From Acidimicrobiales bacterium (GTDB lineage: Bacteria; Actinomycetota; Acidimicrobiia; Acidimicrobiales; JAKAVM01), in the NCBI GenBank assembly GCA_027452005.1, contig DAIDHF010000007.1, positions 15,254 to 79,253 of the forward strand: a DNA stretch of 64,000 bases, written 5' to 3'. A program made the position numbers and the translations under genes. Within the stretch, counting starts at the first letter, position 1; each line of letters starts with the position of its first letter. A model generated the notes under the pieces. The model did no database searches, was not told the DNA's origin, and saw only the letters and a list, made by a program, of their open reading frames with translations. Of the stretch, positions 25,749 to 35,768 are shown in pieces.

Positions 25749-27070
25749 GCCCCGTTCCTCTTCGCAAGGGCTATGTTGGCGTTCTGCTGGGCTAGCGTGC
25801 TCGAGAATGCCTCATCACCTTGTTTGTCAATTGTTACATAGTAAAGCCAGGGCCCCTGAGTGGGGTGAAGGCTCGCTTGAAGAGCCATCTCACCAGGAGC
25901 AGATATTGGACTAGGCGGTAGTCCCGGGTGAAGATACGTGTTATAGGGACTTGGAGTCTTCTCTTGAGAGATGGTTATCTCCGAGGTTACGGTCTGTCCC
26001 ATCGTTGCCAGGGCGTATATCACGGTCGAGTCGATCTGAAGATTCATTTTTGCCTTGAGCCGGTTATAGATTACCTCTGCTACCTTCGCCATATCCGATG
26101 GTGTGATGGCTTCTCGTTGAACAATTGAAGCCACTGTGATGACTTGGTACGGGCTTAGACCGAGCCCGTTAGCCAGAGAATTGAGATTTACCTGCGAGGC
26201 AATCTGATTGAACCTATCTAGCATCTGTTGAGCAATCTCCAGATCGGATTCATCTCTAGAGATAAAGTAGGTATCTGGGAAAAGTAAACCTTCTAGATTT
26301 CCGTTTGCCGGAATGTAGTTTGACTTGAGCTTCCCCGAGGCCAGAGCACTCTCAAAACCACCAGCAGTGTGTCCTGGGAGCTTTCCAACCAACTGCGCTA
26401 TTTGCCCACTAGTGAATCCTTCAGGAACGGTTAGGCGATAGTCAAGAAGTGTCTGGTCAGGTCCCTTTTTTAGCGTGGACTCAATTTCGGAATACTTTTC
26501 GTGCTTGAAAAATGCAAAAGGACCAGGTTGGATCGAGGTAACGGGATACACCCGCATGTAAAGCCGGAAAATCACTGAGCTGGAAATAATCCCCTTTTTG
26601 GCCAGAATATCAGCCACGCTAGCCCCGGTGGCTCCGGTTGGCACGACAACCACGAGAGGCTTGCGCCCTTGATTGGAGGGATCTATTTGCCCGTGTGCCC
26701 AAAAGCCCACACCTGATCCAACTAGGACGATAACGGCTAGAACGATCAGGATAACCTTCAAACGCTTGGCACGGGTACGCCTTTTAGACATTATTGCAGG
26801 CTGACCAGAGTAGTCCCAGTTACCAACCGAGCTATAGCCCTGAGGAGGTGTGAGTCTTTGTCCGACATGTTTCGGGTTAGAGAACTCGATATTGGGGGCC
26901 TTGGGGGCGGTGAGTTTTGACCTACTCTTCTTTGGCTTCTCACGGACATACTCAAATTCATCATTAGTTCCTCCGACACCCTTTCCAGTTGCTAGTCTTC
27001 GAACCCCAGATCGCTCTTGATCTTTGCGCTCCTTGGCTCTAGCTTTAGCCGAGTGGCGCCCACTAGCCAT
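25745..27070 (-). CDS. mltG: Endolytic murein transglycosylase (YceG family)
   Basis: Basic cytoplasmic N-terminus followed by one TM helix (VILIVLAVIVLVGSGVGFW). Motifs LLFPDTYF, ASIVQREA and YNTYLHPGLPPSPISAPG. Confidence 0.85.
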   Translation of the reverse strand: MASGRHSAKARAKERKDQERSGVRRLATGKGVGGTNDEFEYVREKPKKSRSKLTAPKAPNIEFSNPKHVGQRLTPPQGYSSVGNWDYSGQPAIMSKRRTRAKRLKVILIVLAVIVLVGSGVGFWAHGQIDPSNQGRKPLVVVVPTGATGASVADILAKKGIISSSVIFRLYMRVYPVTSIQPGPFAFFKHEKYSEIESTLKKGPDQTLLDYRLTVPEGFTSGQIAQLVGKLPGHTAGGFESALASGKLKSNYIPANGNLEGLLFPDTYFISRDESDLEIAQQMLDRFNQIASQVNLNSLANGLGLSPYQVITVASIVQREAITPSDMAKVAEVIYNRLKAKMNLQIDSTVIYALATMGQTVTSEITISQEKTPSPYNTYLHPGLPPSPISAPGEMALQASLHPTQGPWLYYVTIDKQGDEAFSSTLAQQNANIALAKRNGA

Positions 27071-27491
27071 GGTTAGCGTTACTCCTTGAATCTAGCCAGG
27101 ACTGCAAGATTACAGCTGCAGCCATTGAGTCGATAGTCCTTTTGGTTTTCTTGATTGACTTCCCAGTGTCCTTCATGTAAAGCTCCGCTATCTTGGTAGA
27201 GAAGCGCTCGTCATACACTTCCACCTTCGCGTCCAATAACTTTGTAAAGATCTCAATTACTCTCGTGGCCTCTGTGGCACTGCGGCCAAGTTCACCAGAC
27301 AAAGACCTGGGAAGTCCAACCACAACAGTCTCTACTTGGTTTTCAATAACTACTTTGTTGATGTTTCTGACAACCTGGGCAAGGTCAGCTGTAAGTTCAA
27401 ATACCGTATAGGGTGATGCTAAAGTCCCATTAGCATCACTTAGTGCCACCCCAATTCTCTTAGATCCCAGGTCAATACCTAGACTTCTCAT
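27063..27491 (-). CDS. ruvX: Holliday junction resolvase-like nuclease / pre-16S rRNA nuclease (YqgF)
   Basis: 142 aa with N-terminal GIDLGSKRIGVALSD and VVVGLP. Confidence 0.9.
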   Translation of the reverse strand: MRSLGIDLGSKRIGVALSDANGTLASPYTVFELTADLAQVVRNINKVVIENQVETVVVGLPRSLSGELGRSATEATRVIEIFTKLLDAKVEVYDERFSTKIAELYMKDTGKSIKKTKRTIDSMAAAVILQSWLDSRSNANHG

Positions 27492-27494
27492 ACC

Positions 27495-30179
27495 TTAGAA
27501 ATCTCCACTCAGCGCCTTGGCTCTTGCTAGTTCAAGTGCATCATCTAATTTCTCGTCTTTTTTACCACCGGCAATGGCCAGATCTGATCCCTTGCCAACC
27601 CCACCTCCGAGTAATCGAGCGGCATCACCAATTATATCAGATGCCATACCCTCGACGCCCTTTGAAAGCGCGGACACAAGACTCACCTTGCCGGGTTCGA
27701 CTTTACTGGCAAGCACCACAACCTTGATATCGACCAATGATCGGACCGAAGTCGCGAGCTCGCGAAGATCATTAGCGTCCATGCCATCAAGCCTGGCGAC
27801 AACGACCCCATCTTGTGCCTTTTCTGCCAGGTGTTTAGCTTGATTTTGTAACTTTTGTTGTTGGAGAGTTCTAAGTTCTTTCTCGGCCATTTCTAATCTG
27901 TCAAGCAACTTTTCAAGTGCCTGAGGAACCTGTGATGGAACTACCTTGAGACCTCTGGCTATCTGTTCAAGTTGAGAGTTAACCTCCTGGAAGTAATCCA
28001 TAGACACACTCCCGGAGATGGCCTCGATTCTTCGAATTCCCGATCCAATGGAGCCTTCGTTTACAATCTTGATAGGTCCAATCATCCCCAGAGAATCAAC
28101 ATGGGTGCCTCCGCACAGTTCAACTGACTCGCTTGCCTTGACCACTCTGACTATTTCACCATATTTGTCCCCAAAAAAAGCCATCGCTCCCATTGAAGTG
28201 GCCTGATCCATGGTGGTCTCAAGAGTCTCTACCGGATAGTTGAAGACTACCCGTGAGTTGACCAAGGACTCCACATGTCTTATCTGCTCGGCACCCAGAC
28301 CCTCAAAATGGGAAAAATCAAACCTCAACCGATCGGGGGCGACTAAAGATCCCTGCTGGTGAACGTGGGTTCCGAGGGTCTCTCGTAGGCCCCAGTGAAG
28401 CAAATGGGTCGAAGTGTGGTTACGCCTAAGACTGGCTCGCCGTGTTTGATCAACCTCAAATCTCCCCATTGCACCTACGTGAATGTCACCCTCCTCGACT
28501 ATAGCCGTGTGGCGGATGAGCCCGGGTAGGACAAATGTAGTATCAAATACCTTAGCTCGACCAGTAGAAGTTGAAATAGCTCCTCGATCCCCCAGCTGGC
28601 CTCCAGATTCGGCGTAAAAAGGTGTTGTGATTGCGAACACGTCAACTACCTTACCCACAACCTTCGATTTTCCTTCGCCAGTATCGCCTTGGTCGCTAAA
28701 GCCACCAATCTCGGAAATTGCTTGGTGCTCGTGGTCTCCAGGGTCTCTTATAGAGATCTCGATGATCTCAGATTCGCAATCAAGTTCGCTATATCCAACA
28801 AAAACTGTTGGGCCAAATTTATCTAATATCCGCCGGTACTGATTTATATGGATATTGTCTTGCGTAGTGCCTCTTAGTATGGATGACTTCGTGGCAGAGC
28901 GCGCCCGGCTCTTTTGGTCATCCATTGCCCTTTCGAAACCTTCTAAATCAAGCGTTACGCCACGCTCTCCAGCCAACTCCCGGGTTAGCTCTAAGGGAAA
29001 ACCGTGTGTATCGTGAAGCAGAAAGGCGACTTCTCCAGAGATCTCCCCGTTCTCTTCAATTTCATCTAGGTGGTCTTCTAGAATCTGACTACCCGACCGG
29101 AGAGTCTTTCGAAATACTTCCTCTTCCCTAGAGACCACCTTTTCAATCAGGTCGTGGTGGCTAACAAGCCCCGGGTATGGAGAACCCAACGTGTCCAATA
29201 CGGCCTTCGTCAACAACGTCATCACTCCGTTTTCGATTCCGAGTTGGGCTGACTTGAGAATTGCACGTCGTATAAGCCTCCTGAGAACGTAACCGCGTCC
29301 TTCATTTGAGGGAACAACACCTTCGGAAATCATAAAGCTTACGGCCCTCGCATGGTCGGCCATAATCCTCAGTTTCGAGAAATCTTCAGAAACAATATCT
29401 CTGTTCACAAGCCGTTGTGTTTGAGAGATAATTGGAGAGAACAGGTCAGTCTCAAATACCGAGTCTGCCCCTTGTACAACGGCCAATACCCTCTCTAAAC
29501 CCCCACCAAAATCCACACATGGGGATGGAAGACTTGTCATCGGCCCGTTTGGGACCTGGCGTTCAAACTGCATAAAGACCAGGTTTCCAATCTCAATATA
29601 ACGATCAGAACCACCCCCTCCCGGGCCTCCTTGTGGGCCAAATTGGGGACCTCGATCAAAATAAAGCTCTGAACAAGGCCCACAAGGGCCAATCTCGCCC
29701 ATTTTCCAAAAGTTGTCTTCTTCCAAACGCTGAATCCGGGTTCGATCAACCCCAATGCTTGATGCCCATATCTCCTCGGCGTCATCATCTTGGGTGTGCA
29801 CCGTAATCCAGAGCCGATCTGGGTCTATTCCCAGGATGTCCGTGTAAAACGTCCAAGCCCACTCAATTGACTGTTCCTTGAAATAATCTCCGAAGCTAAA
29901 GTTGCCCAGCATCTCAAAGAGGGTCAGATGGCGGTCGGTGGTCCCAATAATGTCAATGTCAACCGTTCTTACGCACGGCTGAACCGTGGTAACGCGAGAA
30001 TAAGGTGCCACGGATTTTCCAGTAAAGTAGTCTTTGAACTGAACCATCCCGGCAATCGTGAAGAGCATTGTCGGGTCGGCTGGCACGATCCGCGAGTGTG
30101 TCAAGTGTTTATGGCCGCGATCAGTATAGAACTTGCTAAAGGCTCTACGAACCTCTGTTGAGCTAGTTGGCTTTGCCAC
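27495..30179 (-). CDS. alaS: Alanine--tRNA ligase
   Basis: 894 aa with FTIAGMVQFK, HLTLFEMLGNFSFGDYFK, and editing-domain HTSTHLL and CGGTHV. Confidence 0.95.
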   Translation of the reverse strand: MAKPTSSTEVRRAFSKFYTDRGHKHLTHSRIVPADPTMLFTIAGMVQFKDYFTGKSVAPYSRVTTVQPCVRTVDIDIIGTTDRHLTLFEMLGNFSFGDYFKEQSIEWAWTFYTDILGIDPDRLWITVHTQDDDAEEIWASSIGVDRTRIQRLEEDNFWKMGEIGPCGPCSELYFDRGPQFGPQGGPGGGGSDRYIEIGNLVFMQFERQVPNGPMTSLPSPCVDFGGGLERVLAVVQGADSVFETDLFSPIISQTQRLVNRDIVSEDFSKLRIMADHARAVSFMISEGVVPSNEGRGYVLRRLIRRAILKSAQLGIENGVMTLLTKAVLDTLGSPYPGLVSHHDLIEKVVSREEEVFRKTLRSGSQILEDHLDEIEENGEISGEVAFLLHDTHGFPLELTRELAGERGVTLDLEGFERAMDDQKSRARSATKSSILRGTTQDNIHINQYRRILDKFGPTVFVGYSELDCESEIIEISIRDPGDHEHQAISEIGGFSDQGDTGEGKSKVVGKVVDVFAITTPFYAESGGQLGDRGAISTSTGRAKVFDTTFVLPGLIRHTAIVEEGDIHVGAMGRFEVDQTRRASLRRNHTSTHLLHWGLRETLGTHVHQQGSLVAPDRLRFDFSHFEGLGAEQIRHVESLVNSRVVFNYPVETLETTMDQATSMGAMAFFGDKYGEIVRVVKASESVELCGGTHVDSLGMIGPIKIVNEGSIGSGIRRIEAISGSVSMDYFQEVNSQLEQIARGLKVVPSQVPQALEKLLDRLEMAEKELRTLQQQKLQNQAKHLAEKAQDGVVVARLDGMDANDLRELATSVRSLVDIKVVVLASKVEPGKVSLVSALSKGVEGMASDIIGDAARLLGGGVGKGSDLAIAGGKKDEKLDDALELARAKALSGDF

Positions 30180-31953
30180 TTACACCTATCCCGAGTTCTG
30201 CCAGATTCTTTGTTGACAGCTCCTTGGGAGCACCCGTCATAAGGTCTTGCCCAGACTGGGTCTTGGGAAAGGCGATTACCTCACGAATATTGTCCTCTTT
30301 GGCCAAGAGCGCAACCAGGCGGTCCATTCCTACTGCAAAACCCCCGTGCGGAGGAGCGCCATATTTGAAAGCTGATAAAAGAAATCCAAAGCGCTCTTCG
30401 GCCTGTTCTGGGGAGATTCCAAGTGTCCTAAAAACTTTCGATTGAATGTCGGCTGAGTGGATTCTAATGCTCCCTGATCCAAGCTCCCAGCCATTTAACA
30501 CCAAGTCATAGGCTTGCGATCTAACTGCCAGTGGGTCAGAGTCCAAGAGGTCAAGATCTTCAGTATGTGGCATGGTAAAGGGATGATGGGCTGCTTGCAG
30601 ATTTCCCTGATCATCTCGGCCGTCAAACATAGGAAAATCAACCACCCAAACAAAAATCAACGAGTGCTCTTCAAGACCCGGTCTGCCAACTTCTAGTCGG
30701 AGCTGACCCAAGCACTCGCAAGTTATCCGGTACTCACCGGCTACTGCCAATATTAGGTCACCGGAATTGACCTCCAGGACCTGGACTAGGTCACTCTTTT
30801 CAGCATCGGACAAAAATTTGTATATAGGTGACTCAAGAACGACTCTATCTCCAGTAACCGTGGTCAGGTTTGAATTCTCGTCTGGTAAAACCTTTATCCA
30901 TACCAAACCCTGGGCTCCGAGTTCTTTTGAGCGGATAGTTAGATTGTCCAAGCGAGACCGAGAGAGGCTCGCACCGTCTTGCAATACAATGGCCTTTACG
31001 CAGGGAGCTTCAAAGGCTCTAAACGACGTTTTTGAAAATACCTCGCTCAAATCTTTTAGTTCCATCCCGAAGCGCATATCTGGCTTGTCTGACCCAAATC
31101 GATCCATTGCTGCCCGCCAACTAAGTATTGAAATGGAGAATTCCGGGTTGTCCATTACTTCAGTAAGTATCTTCCTGATTACTTCATTGACAATTTCAAT
31201 GATATCGGTGGCTGATACAAATGAGGCCTCAAGGTCCAACTGGGTAAACTCAAACTGACGGTCACTTCTGAGATCTTCATCGCGAAGACACTTGGCAATC
31301 TGAAAATACCTGTCTACGCCAGCTACCATAAGTAGCTGTTTGGCTATCTGGGGGCTTTGGGGCAGAACATAAAAGGCACCCTTTTGAAGGCGCGAGGGAA
31401 CAGCAAACTCGCGAGCGCCTTCCGGGGTCGGGGTCCAAAGAAGGGGTGTTTCAACCTCCACAAAACCCTGATTGACCATAGCAGCTCGGGCAGCGGTGTT
31501 GATCTTAGAGCGTAGGACCAAGTTCCCAAGCATCCTGTCTCGACGCAGGTCAAGATATCGATACCGAAGTCTCACTGTCTCGTCTGACTCTGCATACTTG
31601 TGGATTGAAAACGGTGGAGTATCTGCCCGGTTGAGAACGTCAACCACACAGGACGTAAGCTCGACGTTCCCAGTTGCCAGGTCGTGATTTTCAGTGCCCT
31701 CGGGTCTTGGGCTAACCGTCCCAGTTACTTGAACTACATACTCACTCTTGAGATCTAATGAGGTATCGATTACGCACTGTATGATACCCGTGCGGTCACG
31801 AACATCTAGAAAGGCTAGATGCGAAGAGTGTTCTCGCCTCCGCGAAACCCATCCACAGACTGATACTTGCTGACCAAGGTCATCCCCAGATAGCTCGCCA
31901 CACCACCTAGTGCGCAGTCCGCGTGCCCGGTCAAGACGATCAGGAACGTTCAA
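30163..31953 (-). CDS. aspS: Aspartate--tRNA ligase
   Basis: 596 aa with FLDVRDRTG, QSPQIAKQLLM, FQIAKCLRDEDLRSDRQFEFTQLD and GGFAVGMDRL. Confidence 0.95.
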   Translation of the reverse strand: MNVPDRLDRARGLRTRWCGELSGDDLGQQVSVCGWVSRRREHSSHLAFLDVRDRTGIIQCVIDTSLDLKSEYVVQVTGTVSPRPEGTENHDLATGNVELTSCVVDVLNRADTPPFSIHKYAESDETVRLRYRYLDLRRDRMLGNLVLRSKINTAARAAMVNQGFVEVETPLLWTPTPEGAREFAVPSRLQKGAFYVLPQSPQIAKQLLMVAGVDRYFQIAKCLRDEDLRSDRQFEFTQLDLEASFVSATDIIEIVNEVIRKILTEVMDNPEFSISILSWRAAMDRFGSDKPDMRFGMELKDLSEVFSKTSFRAFEAPCVKAIVLQDGASLSRSRLDNLTIRSKELGAQGLVWIKVLPDENSNLTTVTGDRVVLESPIYKFLSDAEKSDLVQVLEVNSGDLILAVAGEYRITCECLGQLRLEVGRPGLEEHSLIFVWVVDFPMFDGRDDQGNLQAAHHPFTMPHTEDLDLLDSDPLAVRSQAYDLVLNGWELGSGSIRIHSADIQSKVFRTLGISPEQAEERFGFLLSAFKYGAPPHGGFAVGMDRLVALLAKEDNIREVIAFPKTQSGQDLMTGAPKELSTKNLAELGIGVSGKAN

Positions 31954-31963
31954 AGTGAATCTC

Positions 31964-33352
31964 TCACTGGCTGGCCAGGCTAATATGCCTTGAAAACTTT
32001 GGAATAAACACCTTGTTGAAGAACACCTCTATGTCAGAAATATCTATTTCTACTTGGCCACTGCTCTCTAATTCGTCTTGGCGGCCGCAAGATCTTCCAT
32101 CGTATTTCTCTCTAACACTTACTTGCAAAAGAGCCCGAAGTTTTTCCTGATCTCTAAGTGCCCGAATGGTAGCTGAGTTTCGAGAAAGTTCATCGTCACC
32201 GATAATTACCGCCACCCATGCCCCAGAACGATCTGCTGCCTTGAACTGGGCCTTCATCGATCGATCCCCATAATCTCTCGCTACATTGATTCCAGACCTA
32301 CTCAGGTCTCGAAACACTTGGCTGGCTTTACCCGAACTAGTAACGTCGATCAAAAAGATTATCGGTTCATGGGATTGGTGTGCTCTGCCTATTACCACAG
32401 GCGACTGGTTTTCAAGACAGGACACTAAGCGCTCAAGACCAATACTAAACCCAATCGCCGGGGTGTCGGGTCCACCTAGACTTCTCACGAGCCCGTCGTA
32501 ACGCCCTCCTCCACCGATGGCGTTTTGAGCACTCTCTAAGCTCGTGGAGCAGATTTCAAAGGTCGTCCTGTTGTAGTAGTCCAGTCCTCGAACCAGGCGG
32601 GAATCTTGCCGGTAAGAAATGGCGAATCTATCGAGCAACTCAAGAACGGACTTGAAGTGATCTCGGCAATCTTCACATAAGAAATCTCGCTGAAAAGGAG
32701 CATCCTGTGTGGCCTCAAGACACGCCTCAGTCTTGCAGTCAAGTACGCGCAGTGGATTTCTTTGGTAGCTGTCTTGGTGGGCTCCGCAAAGCTTATCTTT
32801 CACTGAGTCTAAAAACTTGGTAAGATCAGCCACGTATCCTGGTCGACAGGCCTCATCGCCCAGAGAGTTCAATCTAAGTTCTAAGTCACTAAGTCCAAGG
32901 TCTACTAGAAAATCCCAAGCCAATGAGATGATCTCCGCGTCAAGGGAGGGATCTGATGACCCAAATGCCTCCAAGCCGAGTTGGTAGAACTGGCGATAAC
33001 GTCCTGCCTGTGGTCGTTCATAACGAAACATCGGACCCCAGTAGTAAACCTTCCAAGGCAGATATTTTGGCCTACTTTCAACGTATGACCTTACAATCGA
33101 TGCCGTTTGCTCCGGACGTAGACTGTAATCTCTACCCGACCTGTCTTGGAACTGGTACATTTCCTTTCTGACCACGTCATTATCAACCCCAACTGCTCTT
33201 TGAAAAACCCCCGATTCCTCGAAGATTGGGGTAATTATCAGATCGTAGTTTGTCCTGACGCACATCCGAGAGAAATGGTCGATTACGTACGACCAGACGC
33301 GTGAACTTGGAGGTAATATGTCATTTGTTCCGACTGGTGTTCTAAAGTTCAT
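31964..33352 (-). CDS. hisS: Histidine--tRNA ligase
   Basis: Motifs GTNDILP, YSLRPEQT, MFRYERPQAGRYRQFYQLGLEAFG and GGGGRYDGL. I place the start at ATG 33352 (MNFRTPVGTNDILP). The ORF-track start at 33478 would overlap relA and adds 42 non-homologous residues. Confidence 0.9.
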   Translation of the reverse strand: MNFRTPVGTNDILPPSSRVWSYVIDHFSRMCVRTNYDLIITPIFEESGVFQRAVGVDNDVVRKEMYQFQDRSGRDYSLRPEQTASIVRSYVESRPKYLPWKVYYWGPMFRYERPQAGRYRQFYQLGLEAFGSSDPSLDAEIISLAWDFLVDLGLSDLELRLNSLGDEACRPGYVADLTKFLDSVKDKLCGAHQDSYQRNPLRVLDCKTEACLEATQDAPFQRDFLCEDCRDHFKSVLELLDRFAISYRQDSRLVRGLDYYNRTTFEICSTSLESAQNAIGGGGRYDGLVRSLGGPDTPAIGFSIGLERLVSCLENQSPVVIGRAHQSHEPIIFLIDVTSSGKASQVFRDLSRSGINVARDYGDRSMKAQFKAADRSGAWVAVIIGDDELSRNSATIRALRDQEKLRALLQVSVREKYDGRSCGRQDELESSGQVEIDISDIEVFFNKVFIPKFSRHISLASQ

Positions 33353-33437
33353 TATTCTTTGGTTAAATTGACGCGCACTCACGACTTGAACTCGTAACCG
33401 TGGGGCTACCAAGCTCGTGCGCCCTGGTCGCTCTAGT

Positions 33438-35648
33438 CTACTTGGATCCCGGCAGGACTCGGTAGGCCTCGTATACACAGTCTAGGCGCTTGAGTGCCCT
33501 GATAACGCTTTCTAAGTGCTCTGCGTCAGCCAGTTCCACCTCAAAGGACATCCTTGACACCCTATCTGGCCCGGCTCTTGACGAGGATGACAAGATGTTG
33601 ATCCGGTATTCAGCCAGAACTCGGGTGACATCAGAGAGCAGGGCCGCCCTGTCAAGTGACCTGACCTCGATTATAGTCACAAATGTGCCCGGATTGGAGT
33701 GGTCCCACTGAACGTCTAGGATCCTCTCACGGCTCTCTGAGGCCAGTAAAAGGGCGTTCGAGCAGTCTTGCCTGTGCACAGATACCCCCCTCCCCCGGGT
33801 CACAAATCCCACGATCGGATCCCCAGGGACCGGCGTGCAACACCTGGCTAGCCTGACCATCATGCCCGAGTCCCCCTCGACGTAGATTCCCGCCCCTCTT
33901 ACCGTGGCAGGTCGGCTTTGACGCCTGGTGGGTATTGTTTGGGGGGCCTCCTCTGGCAAAATCCCGTCAAGTTCCCGGCTGACTTTTTGGGCTACAGACT
34001 TTGAGGAGATATGTCCCTCTCCAATTGCGGCGTGGAGAGCTTCTAGGGTTTGGTACCCGGCCTCTTCGGCCACATGAGTAACCGCATCAGAAGAAGACAG
34101 CTTCCGGCTCGCTAGCCCCTCGCGCCGGAGAGCCTTTACAAGCTCCTCCTTGCCTGTCTCTATTGCGTCTTCACGACGCTCTTTTGAAAACCACTGCCTT
34201 ATCTTGCTCTTGGCTCGAGCCGACCTTACAATCGACATCCAGTCCTGAGAAGGACCTGCGCTCTCTGATTTTGAGACAATGATGTCAACAGTTTGGCCCG
34301 AATGAAGTTCGCTATCGAGCGGGACCAACTTGTCATTCACTTTGGCCCCAACGCAACGGTGACCAACGTCCGTGTGAATCGAATACGCAAAGTCAATTGG
34401 AGTTGCCCCCTTTACTAGCGTGATAACCTTTCCTTTTGGAGTAAAGACGTAGACCTCGTCTTGTTCCAGATCAAGACGCAGTGAATCCAGAAAGTCCTTG
34501 GGGTCTGGAATATCCGATTGCCAGTCAACTATCCTCTGTAGCCAAGCTATCTCGCCGGGACTTGAGCCTTCCTTGTATCCCCAGTGAGCCGCCACACCAT
34601 ATTCGGCGGTCCGGTGCATTTCTTTAGTTCTGATCTGAACCTCGACAGTCTTGCCCCCTGGTCCCATCACCGTGGTATGTAGGGACTGGTACAAGTTGAA
34701 CTTGGGCGAATTTATGTAGTCCTTGAAGCGTCCGTGTACTGGGGGCCAGAGTCCGTGGATAGCCCCAAGGGTAGCCCAACAGTCCTTTTCCGACTCTAGA
34801 ATGATTCGGATTCCCACGAGATCAAAGATCTCATTGAACTCCTTACCTTTTACAACCATCTTCTCGTAGATACTGAAATAGTGCTTGCGACGACCGACAA
34901 CTTCGCTCGGTATCGTGATTTCATCCAGATGATCTTTGGCCGCATGGATTACGCCTTGGATATATACGTCGCGCTCGGGTGCCCGACGTTCTACCAGTTC
35001 AGCAATTTCTCGATATGGTCCTGGGAGAAGGATTTCAAAGCTGAGATCTTCTAGCTGCCACCGGATCTCTTGAATTCCCAGTCGATGGGCCAGCGGGGCA
35101 TAAATGTCTAGGGTCTCTTGTGCCAGGCGCTTCTGTTTAAATTCTGCCAGTGGAGCGGCAGTCCTAATATTGTGTAATCGGTCGGAGAGCTTTATCACGA
35201 GTACCCTCCAGTCACTGGCCATGGCTATTAGAAGTTTTCTGACCGTGGCTGCTTGTTGGGCCTCTTTAGAGTCAAAAGAAAGCCTATCTAACTTAGTTAG
35301 AGACTCAACCAGCTGAGCAATATTATGTCCAAACTCCTTTTCAACATCCTCAATGGCAACCTGAGTGTCTTCAACCGTGTCGTGCAACAAGGCGGCTGCG
35401 ATGGAGACATCATCGAGACCTAGCTCAGATACAATCTTGGCCACGGCTACCGGGTGGGTTATATATGGTTCTCCCGATAGACGAAACTGCCCCTCGTGGG
35501 CTTGGCTGGCAAATCTATAAGCCCGCTCGATTAATTCAACGGTTCTGCCCGGATTACGAGCTAAAAATCCTGATGTTACATCGGCGATGTCGTGAGAGAG
35601 ACCTTTCGAGTCTCGTTTGCCATCAATGACCGTGGAAGCTGGGGTCAT
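33438..35648 (-). CDS. relA: Bifunctional (p)ppGpp synthetase/hydrolase (RelA/SpoT homologue)
   Basis: 736 aa with HD domain (LLHDTVEDT), synthetase domain (YQSLHTTV) and TGS and ACT-like C-terminal regions. Confidence 0.95.
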   Translation of the reverse strand: MTPASTVIDGKRDSKGLSHDIADVTSGFLARNPGRTVELIERAYRFASQAHEGQFRLSGEPYITHPVAVAKIVSELGLDDVSIAAALLHDTVEDTQVAIEDVEKEFGHNIAQLVESLTKLDRLSFDSKEAQQAATVRKLLIAMASDWRVLVIKLSDRLHNIRTAAPLAEFKQKRLAQETLDIYAPLAHRLGIQEIRWQLEDLSFEILLPGPYREIAELVERRAPERDVYIQGVIHAAKDHLDEITIPSEVVGRRKHYFSIYEKMVVKGKEFNEIFDLVGIRIILESEKDCWATLGAIHGLWPPVHGRFKDYINSPKFNLYQSLHTTVMGPGGKTVEVQIRTKEMHRTAEYGVAAHWGYKEGSSPGEIAWLQRIVDWQSDIPDPKDFLDSLRLDLEQDEVYVFTPKGKVITLVKGATPIDFAYSIHTDVGHRCVGAKVNDKLVPLDSELHSGQTVDIIVSKSESAGPSQDWMSIVRSARAKSKIRQWFSKERREDAIETGKEELVKALRREGLASRKLSSSDAVTHVAEEAGYQTLEALHAAIGEGHISSKSVAQKVSRELDGILPEEAPQTIPTRRQSRPATVRGAGIYVEGDSGMMVRLARCCTPVPGDPIVGFVTRGRGVSVHRQDCSNALLLASESRERILDVQWDHSNPGTFVTIIEVRSLDRAALLSDVTRVLAEYRINILSSSSRAGPDRVSRMSFEVELADAEHLESVIRALKRLDCVYEAYRVLPGSK

Positions 35649-35768
35649 AAAAGTACCACCTCAAGCGCACCAGGCTCAGATTTGCCTGGTGATGTGTATA
35701 AAATACCGTCCACGATCAATATTTTACAGCGATATGCAGGCTGACCCGACCACATACCAAAAAATCGG

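Noticed and set aside
30767-31258. 163-aa plus-strand ORF
   Set aside because: It is antisense to aspS, whose identity is unambiguous. No motifs were recognised.
33353-33437. Alternative stem pairings (GCGCAC...GTGCGC and CACGA...TCGTG) in the relA-hisS spacer, considered as an attenuator or T-box-like leader
   Set aside because: The stems are short and mutually exclusive, with a large loop and no U-run, and I recognised no conserved T-box or specifier features.
33353-33478. 42-codon N-terminal extension of the hisS ORF, overlapping the relA 3' end
   Set aside because: Homology starts at MNFRTPVGTNDILP (ATG 33352). The extension is Arg/Pro-rich and would create a 41-nt overlap with relA.
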